Below are positions 37,961 to 48,537 of a stretch of 64,000 bases of DNA, in pieces. Within the stretch, counting starts at the first letter, position 1; every line of letters begins with the position of its first letter. The notes beneath the pieces were generated by a model. That model saw only the letters and a program-made list of their open reading frames with translations. It had not been told where the DNA came from and searched no databases. Position numbers and translations under genes: made by a program. Origin of the DNA: Trichosphaerium sp. ATCC 40318 (taxonomy: Eukaryota > Protista > Tubulinea); the NCBI GenBank assembly GCA_038496445.1, contig JALMLS010000507.1:558001-622000 (forward strand), read 5' to 3'.

Positions 37961-39740
37961 AAGAAAACAAACCACAAAGTTGAGAAAAGTTTTTCGGGTT
38001 ACGAATCCCGCTACGCTGTAATAATCCGTGTAAATATTAATGAAAAACGACATAGCCAGAAAGATTTGTATTTTGAAAATATGACACGGAATATTTATTA
38101 TTTTCGTAACAATAATAGCGTTATACATTGTTATAACCAACAGGAGGGTGATGTTATTTTTTGTTCTTCTTGTGCTTTGATCATCTCTTCCTTTTTGGGG
38201 ATAGACGATGGAGTTTACGCAATATTATTTTGTTTTATTGACATACCTCTTGATGGGTTTTTTTTGTGTGTTTATGTACAGTGTAAGAGTGATAGCGATG
38301 TAACCTGATGTGATCATTGACTTTGTTCGTTTTTAGTAAGGTCGAGCTTTGTTAATCGCCAAAGTTGGAAACTTTGTGAGGAGTAATTACAAATAGACCC
38401 CAATAGTTATTATCAAGGCTATAGTTGTGTTTTTGTATTGTTGGAAAATTGTTTTCGTATTTGCAAGATCTGAATAATGGACCGTTTTCGTCTTTTTTTC
38501 ATTTCTCGTGCAGTGTGAATGGTTTGAAAGGTAGATTAGAGTATTTGGTATCATTTTTCCCCTTTTTTCCTTTTTTGCTTTGGCATGGTTCGAACACGAA
38601 AATTGGTACTTCAGATGCGGGAGCTTGGTACCATGGGTTACAATTCGTTTTTTGACGGAAAGTGTCAAGCTGGTAGTTTCCCTTCTTACGCCTAGGTGCC
38701 GTTGTGTAATCCACCTGTCTTCCGTTAGCCCTTGTAGGTGGTTTGTTGTTCCTTATATTAAATTTGAAACCTATTTGTACTTGCAATTAATACTGGGTAC
38801 TTTTTTTTTTTGCGAAGAATGTGCGTACTTTGGTTTTCTTGTGTCCTGTTCGTAACTCGTTCTTCGTTCCTTACATCGTTACTCGTTATCTCTACTACTC
38901 GAGGATATCTGACGTTGTTTATGCCTTTATAGTGGGTACAAGTGGCCAACTGCGCTTGTGTATACTGTAAAGGAACAGCAGTATTGTTGCAAGCGTAAGA
39001 TCGAGGATTAGTTTTGCAATGCATCTTGCTGTGATGTGTGAGTGGGTGTGGGAATAATTTTTGCGGAGAAGTGGTCGTAGCGGATATCTTAATCGTTGGC
39101 TTAAGTGCCAAATTTGGTTTCGTTTTCCAAAATGATCTAGTTATTTTATTGGGTGTCCCGCTAACAAAAATGTACACGGTTGGTTTCCAGTAATAGAAAG
39201 ACTTTATTTCGGGTAGATTCTACGTTTTCTTAAAATAAGGAATCGCGACAACAGAAGGAAATCGTGCTTTATGCGGTTTTCTTTCCTTACAAGTATTGAA
39301 AATTTACCTACCATTTTCAGAAGTTTAGTATCGCGCAGGTTACGGTTTTTTTGTGTCTACGTGAATTTACATTTTTGTTCGTGGGTTGGTGTGGGTGTTG
39401 TATTGTGGTGTGCACCTATTACGGAAATAGCAATTCAACCAAAACAGTATTGCTGTTGAAAGGAGGGAGTTGCAAACGTACAAAGTCCAAAACTGCGGTC
39501 TACAAGAAAAAAAAACTACTTTTCCATATTCTGGTTAAAGGCGCAGTGTCGCTATGTACCACAGGCGCAGTCAACAACCACTACACACAAAAAAAAACCG
39601 ACTAACCGATCGCCAATTTTATAAATTGAAAGGAGAAATTCTCTTATTGGGTCATTTAAAACCGCACAAATGATCAAGTAAGAACCAAAAATTATTTCAA
39701 GTGTGGTCTTTTTTACTAGTGTACAGGTAGAGAGGAGTAA

Positions 39741-41237
39741 TTAACAAACAGAAACTTTCTTTCGTGGTTGTTGTATTGGCATATCATCAACTACAATTTG
39801 ATCCTCTGACATGCACTCTACAAAAGAATCCCATTCTCGTGTTGTAGGGTTAAATTGTAGAACGTATTGTTGCCAATACTCTCTTCTGCTTCTATCAATA
39901 TCGAAAGTTATAACGTGTGGAACTTCGCCATAGTGACCAGAGAACTCGAGTTCTATCTTCGCTGTACCTTCGCAATATTTATCCTAATCAAAAAGATCAA
40001 TATACACGTCTCCTATACCTCGTATCGTACCATCTTTATGCTCATTGGTTCATTTGGATCCTCTACTAGGCTCTTTGGACTGTTTTGGCCAGGGAGGAAC
40101 ATACGTACACGAGGTAGAAACTTGTATGGTGTACCATCAGAATCAACTCCACGTACGATTAAAGATCGTTTTTTCTTTACAACTCTTACTCTTCTTGTCA
40201 ACAAAAATGGAGGTATACGAAGACCCAGCGCGTCGGTGATTCGTGTAAGAGCCTCGTCACACTTCATATGAAGTTTTACGTCCGCTAGTTTATCTAAAGG
40301 CGTATTCTACAAAAAAATATCAGTGAGTACATGTCATGTACGCGTTGGAAGTAATACCTGCAAATTAATTATTACAAGCTTTCCATTGCTCTGTGCGGTG
40401 ATTTGAGGCATCTCATTAGCTGGAGAGACAGTACAAGACGATCCCAATACAATGTGTAAGTCTGCTTTGTAAGACCATCCATAAGCTTTGTTTAGCGGTT
40501 CCTCTGGGAGCTGTTCTCCAAAATTAACAATTGTGTCAAGAAGCTCGCCGCCACAGTTTTCGCATTTATTGCCAGTATGATGTTCCTTCACTCCGCAAGC
40601 AGTACGTACTCTTGTGTCACGTAAGAATTCTTTAGTACAAAGTTGGCATCGTTCAAGATTTGTGTTGCCATGTAGCTGAGGGAAAGTGTCAGAAAAAACC
40701 ATTTCAAAAATCAACTGATTAAGCCGCTTGTCCAGTGGTTTAAGCGTACCTCCGATATTTGTTGACCGTGTACACCGCTTCGCCTGTGTAAACCATCTAC
40801 GTTTTGTGATATCACATAGCTCAAGATACCCTTATTTAGCATTTCTACAATTGCCATATGTGATGGCGTAGGTACGGCCTTCAGAGTTGAAACGCCGCCT
40901 TTACAACGTTTTCCTTGCGCTCGAAGAGTCCAAACTCCCTTTGGCCCTCTGAAATCTACAAAACTACCATTAACGCGATACAGAGTCTTGGTGGCTTACC
41001 TGGAATACCAGCGGAGGTACTTAAACCTGCACCAGTGAATAGAACGGTGGCTCTGCTGTTTAGTATCAAATTTACAATCCTTGCAATCTACAAAGTCATA
41101 TGTAAGTGCTGGAAGTATTATTGATTGGTCGTAACGGCAAGTAACATAAAGTAATGACTTACCTTTACATCAACGTCCTTTGGGTTGTCAAAACGTTCCA
41201 GCAAATCTTCTTTGTTTTTATGAGCTGTGTGTGCCAT
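39741..41237 (-). CDS. NAD-dependent sirtuin (class IV, SIRT6/7-like)
   Basis: [31 protein letters not shown], LHGN, CxxC..CxxC, GSSCTVSPA. Confidence 0.95.
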
Positions 41238-41573
41238 TGTGTTAGTTCGGTAGTTATAATGCTAGTGAAAAAAAAAAGCACCAATTAAAACGGTTCACTG
41301 AACTGATCTAATGAGCTGTTCGCTGATGTAACAACTAAAGTTATATTAATAGACCCAATGCATACCTCTATTTCTTTTACAGCTTTGTTATGCTTGACAG
41401 CTTATATACGACGTACTGTAACAGCTAACTGAACAAAAATAGAAAAAAAAGTGTTCATAGCAATTGCTGGAAGATAAAAAAAAGAGATGATTGCGTCTCG
41501 TGCCCTACACCGTTTCCTTGTTTGGAATCGGCCTAGGCGCTAGCCAAACACACCGGACCACGAAGTATTAATA

Positions 41574-41654
41574 ATAAATTAAAAGTTTATCGCTCTACCA
41601 CTGAGCTACATCCCATAGTTTTAGCTGGGATGGTGGGAATCGAACCCACGCACA
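41574..41654 (-). tRNA. Circularly permuted tRNA-Lys(TTT): 3' half at 41654-41625 precedes 5' half at 41615-41574
   Basis: Minus strand reads TGTGC GTGGG-TTCGATT-CCCAC CATCCCA G [CTAAAACTA] TGGGATG TA GCTC-AGTGGTA-GAGC G ATAAA-CTTTTAA-TTTAT; all four stems pair perfectly. Confidence 0.8.
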
Positions 41655-42419
41655 ACATATATGTTTTGGCATATTGACTGCTATTAGATAATAGGACACG
41701 TTGACTTTTAGTTTGCATCTCAGTATAAGGTAATGTCAAGCCAATTTTATAGTCGAACAATGGCCAAAGAAATTAATTGTGGGATTAGAGTGTGCTCATT
41801 AAAATTTGTAAAGGTGGAATACTTGCCAACTAAATTTAATAAGAAAAGTTAAAATTAAGTGAAATTGTACAACAGTACTAAAGAGATACAGTTGAATAAT
41901 ATTAATGAAAAGTACCTGTTGGCAAGCGTTAGAATAGTCTCAAGATAACATGCAAAAATCAAGAAACCCTGAATAAACAATCGAATTCTCGGTTTAAAAC
42001 GTCATTGTTGGCAATTTTTACATGCCATCTGCAAATACACATCATCGTATGTTCTGAGAATGAAAAGAGTCCATGACACAATTTACAATATAAATTGTCT
42101 GTTTAAAATTCGACACTAAAAGAAGTCTATTTACGCCGAAACGCTGTCGAGGTCAACTTGGTTAAATTTACACATTATTTTGCATAAATCTAAGACATTA
42201 TAAAGTGTTTGCACAATTAACACGCTACTGTTTGCTAATTAACAGTTTAAAGTATGGATGCTCAGAACCATATAAATGCGAGTGAGATATGAAATTCGTT
42301 TGCCACGAAGGCATTTTTTTAGCCTATTTTCATTGATTTCAAAAGTCAAAAAAAGCGCCAAATGTTAAGTGAGTTTTAAGTCTTCTCCTCAATTTCGCGC
42401 CAAGCGAATAACATTCAGA

Positions 42420-43451
42420 ATGGACCAAATTGCTAATTACGAGCTGAAGGTTACTACTGAAAGTAATTTTGCCGAATTCAAGGCACGTATCTACGATATA
42501 GCATTATTTAAACGGCCTGCGATTTGATCGTGCGTACGTAACCCTCAACGTCAACAGGCTGGTAATGCAGCCTGGTTGGAAGCGATGTGTGTCATTACGT
42601 TTTCGCACTTAGCGCCCCAAACGATCGAATTAATGGTTACATGCGACTTCTACTGGCGTGTACGTAACCCTCAACGTCAACAGGCTGGTAACGCAGCCTG
42701 GTTGGAAGCGATGTGTGTCATTACGTTTTCGCACTTAGCACAAGTCCAGTAGTAGAAAGAGCAGCCACTTGTATTTTATACATTTGTTTTCCTAGTGTGA
42801 AGTTCAATTCGAGCCAAAACAGAGCGCTATGCAAGGAGTGCTTGAGATCTCAGTAAAACTTGCATAGCGCCCTGTTTCGGCGCCATTTGCGCGTGCATTA
42901 ATGGTGTTTTTTTAGGCTTTAGCTATACAAGAAATACGTAACCTGATAGCTGCGCAAGCTGCCAAAGATCGCGAAAGAGACCAACAAGACACAAAAACTG
43001 CTGCCAAAATAAAAGCGCTGGTCGCTGACAACCAGAAACTATCAAAGTCTAATGCCCGTTTGAAGCGTAAACATGAGCAAACCGAAGAAGAATTATCACG
43101 TATACGCATAGAATGTGAGACGTGGGAGGAACGCGCAAGAGAAATGAAAAGACAAAAAATAAGCGCAGAGGACCGCGCAGTTAATGCTGTTCGCCGTAAT
43201 CTACGTGGTTCACCTGAAGAGGAGGCAGAAGATAACCGCCGAGCAGATTGGGGTGCCGACGAAGTACGAAGGGTGCGGGTTCCTAGAGTTGCTAGAGCTG
43301 AGAGGGAGGACTCCTCGGACGATTCTGGTGAAAGCCGGCAAGATATCAATGATGGCGACTACAATCAACCTGACGAAGAAGCCTATTCAGTACGTCACTA
43401 ATACTACTTCTTCATGTTTTTCTATTTCGTGTAACTCTATTGTAGGAGTAA
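42420..43451 (+). CDS. Uncharacterised coiled-coil/acidic-tail protein, paralog B. Exons 42420-42482, 42916-43389, 43446-43451
   Basis: Same exon-intron layout and motifs as 12581-13602; GC-AG intron 42483-42915. Confidence 0.75.
42534..42739 (+). repeat. Two 80-nt direct repeats (42534-42613, 42660-42739; one mismatch), period 126
   Basis: GTACGTAACC...CACTTAGC occurs twice; homologous to 12692-12898. Confidence 0.97.
42813..42881 (+). ncRNA. Candidate long intronic hairpin (pre-miRNA-like)
   Basis: GCGCTATGCAAG/CTTGCATAGCGC is a perfect 12-bp stem, extended by AAACAG/CTGTTT and GCC/GGC. Confidence 0.55.
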
Positions 43452-43616
43452 TCTTGTTCTTCTTCATGTTATTAGAGTCGAATATTGTTGTTCTTGTTGT
43501 CATAATGTAAGATATAAAAAAGAGTGTAAATTAAAATAAAGCTGTACATAAACTAACAAAGTTCTTGGGGTTTTTTTTGTGACACTTTTTTATTATTTTT
43601 TTTACAAGCCAGTCTA

Positions 43617-45668
43617 TTACATATGCACATCACCATGGGCGTGACCATGTCCGCCATGTGAATGACCATGGCCACCGTGGGAGTGTCCATGACTGTATTG
43701 GCCACCATAACCGTCTGAACCACCTACAACACTTAGAAAACAAACGAAAATAAATTACGCACGATAATCTCCGTAGCCATTTCCTTGGGAACCATGTTGA
43801 TGTGCTGTTGGATCCTGAAAAATTTTATTAATTTGCTTAGTTGTCATGTGTTTTGTTATGTACCTCCTTTGGCTTCTGTGGGAGACCTTCAGTTGCTGGT
43901 AGAGTATCTACAAAGTCGTTTATAAAGTCTGCGAGCTGTGTAGGTTGGTCTTCTTGTGGAAAGTGTTTACTTTCAAGAATAGCTGATTGTTGTATCATAA
44001 AATTTTGTTCGATGTACTCCTTTTGTCCTTTAAAACAAACCAATTAAACACTAATCTTATGCGATATGATCGCTTTAATTTACCTTGAGAATCAGGTATG
44101 ACGTCATCATCTACCCAAACAAGTTGTGTAGGTTTATCGATTCGTTGTAATCCATCAAGAATAAATTTCTACAAGAGAAAAATTAGGTAATGCATTGCAA
44201 CTTTTCAAAAAAAGAATGTTGGCGTACGTTGTGTTCTTGACTCGTTTGAAAACTCTTCATTGTTTTCAAGAAAGCTTTTTCTCCTTTCTTTGTACTTAAT
44301 AGGTATTGGTACGCATAAATATCCTGTAAGTAAAACTTAGAACTCTTTGGCATTCGAAGTCAAATAGTAACGCCAAAAAGCTTTGCTAGCACGAAAGGAG
44401 CAACAGCGGAATAACCCGCTAATAAGAATGTTGGATAAACACCAACATATGTAAGTTCTTAAGAAGAAGGCTAGGTAAAGCCAGAAACGTAAGGTAACGG
44501 AAAAGAAGATTTACCTTTTGTGTGATGGCATTTGAACCAAATATTCTGAATATAATAGTTGTCATAAAATTAAGCATTGGTGTTGTCATGAGCTTAAATG
44601 TTATACTATCAACGTAAGGAATTGTGAATAGATTCATAGGGAAAGGAGGTTCAAAGTCCTTAACATTAAGCATTGTATTACAGATTGTAATACTAGCAAC
44701 TTTTTCAGGATTTTTAATTGCAAATTCTGCACCTATTGGTCCTACACATAACAATGAATAACATTGAAACATCATGCCATTTTTCTCTTTTTTACATACC
44801 TGCAATATCATGGACTACGATATGAGATGGAGGCAAGCTCATAACATCAAAAACGCTCTTTGTAATGTCTGCAAGCAAAAGCGCAAAAAACTTAGTAATT
44901 GTCACAAGCTTTTGTCTTAAAATACCTGCAAGGTCTGACCATGAATATGAACCATCTGGTGCTTTATCTGATAGCCCTTTATTGTATAATGAGTCCACAA
45001 AAAAAACCAAAAAAAAAAAACCAGACAAAGGCGATCACGTGACACTTACCCATGCTTGGAAAATCAAATGCAATTACTCTTTTATTCCTTTTTGCAAGAA
45101 GGGGGATAACTTTACGGTACAAGAAGCTTGATGCAGGCACCTAAAATAGTTCATTTAACCAAGCGTGAAAAATCCAAGCATTTTGAAAAAAAACACGTCA
45201 ACAATTTTTTCTGGTTGTAAAAACGAAGTTTTCCGCGTCTGCGATACGTGTTGTTCTCGTTGACACGATCTGTGGTATATTTATGCTTATGTTTTCTAAA
45301 ATACTTACGCCATGTAGGAGGACGATTGTTTCTTGCCATGGGTTGCCCTCAGCACGTATGAATATTTCGACTTGACGTTTACCATCCCAAACTTGAATAA
45401 ATTGTCCCTAACATACCGTTAATATCTATTTTTTCACTAAACCTACGCGTTGGGTATGTTCAGCAACGCTGACGGGCATTTGGAAGTATTCTGCCTTTTG
45501 AGCTGTCATTAACATATAACTCACGGCAATAAGGCCAACGAGCACTGTTACAACAACGCAGTAATTAATTCCAGGCTTCTCCTGCTCCTCTGCTTCTTCA
45601 TCAACTTCATCTACCTTCTCTTTTCCAGGCCTTAACGGCTCAGATTCTTCCTTCTTACGCTCTGCCAT
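43617..45668 (-). CDS. Membrane-anchored alpha/beta hydrolase (epoxide-hydrolase/MEST/AXR4-like) with His-rich tail
   Basis: N-terminal TM; LLHGVPASS, AFDFPSMGLSD, VHDIAG, SKHFPQED; tail GHSHGGHGHSHGGHGHAHG. Confidence 0.82.
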
Positions 45669-45802
45669 TGGCTTGTACAATAAATTCTCAAAGACTAACT
45701 TAAACCCAACAAGTTAAGTTCAACAAAAACGTTTACTTGTCTTGTAGAACAATCATTAACAGTACATATTAAAGCATAAGTATGTGTTACTCTTCCATCG
45801 GA

Positions 45803-48358
45803 TCATCTTAAACAAGTGTTATAATCAATATAAAAACGCGTAGTACCTTCAAATGAGTCGCTCAAACCATCCATAAGCGCTTGTAGTTTTCTACCAGCGA
45901 GCATAGCCAAATCTGTCATTTTTTGCCTATGAGGCATTTGACTACTCTCAAGCATACCTGCAACACAGTAAAAGAGAATAAAACACAAGAGATGAAGTGT
46001 ACCCGACAACCGCTCAGTTACAGATTCAAGGTCGGCCTGTAGATACTCAAACAACTCCTTTTTTGCTCCAGTCTTCAAATAAAAAGCGTACACATACGTA
46101 TGCTTTAACGTTCGTCGACACTAAACAACAAAGGTTAAAAACCTCATTCTCATAGATCATTTGTTGTTGATTATGCGAACACGTACTTCTATCAGTTGCT
46201 CTGTTGCTTTGTCTACAAAACTTACATCAAATCCTTGAATATGACCTCTAGCTTTACGAAGTTTCATCATAGTGCTAATAGCCTTCTCACGTAGACCAAG
46301 CTATTAAGGTCGTTACAAATCAAGATCAATGAATTGTACAGCTCTAATTACAAACCTCCAGTTTCCCTGAGCTCTCATGTGCACTGTAACGCATCCAGTA
46401 ATGTAAATAACGCTCTAATTTTTCTCTACCAGAAGCTTGACTATCCAACACTTCTTTCGCTTTGTACGAATTCTTTAAATTGTTAGTTCCTTAAAAAAAA
46501 AGGAACTGTAAGGTTTCCCTCTTTACAACTTACACACGAACTATGACCCCTCCAATCACCCATACATAGCCAACAAAATTCCCCCTTACATTTACGACAT
46601 GTCATATGATTACCTAAATACCACTGTGAGTTCACCAACACTTGGAAACTGAGATTACAACTTACATCCGCCATTCTTCTCTATAGAAGAATTACACTTT
46701 GGACAGTCTTTTGTGTTTGCTGAAAGCCAATTAAAAGTTTCAGAATCATCTTGTGCTTTCTTCTCCCAAGCACTAAGCATCTTGCACTGTAGAAGTATAC
46801 CAGTTAATGTGCTGATATTCTTTTAAGTATTTGTCTTACTGTTGATGGTAAATGAGCTTCTGCAGAGCAATTGAAACAAAATTTATGACCACAACTACAT
46901 ACAACATGCTGTGACAAAAGAAGTTAAAAACCAATGAAATTTCTCCAATTTTTTGTACTTGAGCAGCCTTAGTTTCAGTTCGAACTGCATTTCCACAGTC
47001 TTTAGCAGGACACCTGTATACAATGTTAGTTTTATCAACGATTAAAAAAAGAGGTTTCAAGCACCATTTGACGTATGGGTTATCATCTACAAATAGCTGT
47101 GTTAAGAAGCGACCATACTTGGCATAAATCTCTGGAGAACAAACTTTACGAACAGTTTCCTACAAGGTAAAACAAATGAGTGTTGTTGCTCTGAAACAAA
47201 ATCCGAAGTACACTTACTTCGTCAACGTTTGCATTACATTTATGAGCCATGCAGGTTAAATCAAGTGATCGACCTTCATTAATATGTACTTCAAGATAAC
47301 CTTTCCAACTAAAGGTTTGTTAAGAAATAGAAGAAATAAGTTGGTAGTGCACCAATCTACACAAAATAAATGACCACAACCAAGAGCTCGCTGAACAACA
47401 CAACAATTAGGTATTAATCATATACGCGATAGTTTCTTACTGTATTTTCAGCTGTCAGGTCATCAGCACAGACTAAGCACTCTGATCCAGGAGGTATGTG
47501 AGTAACTTGTGCAGAAGAAGCTGTTTCTAAATAGAAAACTGTTTAGCGAAAACACGTGAGTAACAATCTTAATCATTACCCTTTCTCTCAACTCCAATAG
47601 ATCGTAGAAGCTTCCTTGGATTATCAAAAAACATCTAGATGTAGTAGATTAGCGTAAAAACAACTTTTAAAAAAAGTTGTTTTACCTCCATTAATCTTTG
47701 CTTATCCCATTTTGCCTTTCTCAGCAATGCTGCTGCAGCTGTAATATTAACCTCACATACCTCTACGACCTCTATAATCTCATTAAACATTTGTTCTGAT
47801 ATTTTATCTCTACTAATAACTTCATTTTGACATGTGTCAAGACCTTTACAATGGTTAATACGTGCATTGGAATGAAGCATTTTTCAGAGAAATAAACAAT
47901 AAAAATATGGTTGTTTATGGAAAATAAAGATTCGCGTCTACCTACCCACTACTTTGAAGTGATCTCTTTCAAATTGCTCCATCTCGAATGCTTGGTCTAT
48001 ACTATCGTATCCAGACTCGTATATTTCACCAGAAGCGCTTAGGCCAGAAATAGACGACTTTAATTCAGGCTTTCGTTTTTTGACTGGAGGCTCTCGTGGA
48101 GGATATGTAGGTGGTTTGTATTCGGGTTTAGGTGCTGGTTTTGGTTTACTAGGCGCTGGAGATAGATTCGACGGTTGTGGGTTCGCGAACATGTGGTTAA
48201 TAGCAGCGTCTACGCTTGTATTGCCTTTGACAGTTACATTTTTTTAAATAGTTCCTGTAAAATGTACCAGTAGCACTGAGGGCGCTTTTAGACGCGCCAA
48301 CATCGAATCCCATACTCAATAACGTCGCCAGTAGCATATCATCAACATAATCGCCCAT
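45803..48358 (-). CDS. Ariadne-type RBR E3 ubiquitin ligase with N-terminal UBA
   Basis: LLSMGF UBA; RING1 CLVC...GCGHLFC; IBR; NTKDCPKC...EKNGGCNHMTC..C..EFCWLC RING2; ERYLHYW Ariadne domain. Confidence 0.92.
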
Positions 48359-48537
48359 TTTGTCTAATTTAGCACTATACTATTGGGTGAGGTAAAACTT
48401 TACACAATCAACTGCTTTTTTGCGTTTATTATCTAAATACTCGCATTGACTCGGGTTTGTTCTTTTTTGTAAACCAAAGAAAAACTGAAAGACATTCTGG
48501 AGGTTTATCTTAATTTACATTGCTCACTTTTTAATGT

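Noticed and set aside
42539-42549. Telomerase-template-like TAACCCTCAAC
   Set aside because: Not conserved in paralog A and imperfect
42548-42585. TPP riboswitch suggested by the GGTAATGC loop
   Set aside because: No CTGAGA or ACCTGA core elements; only a generic T-loop-like motif matches
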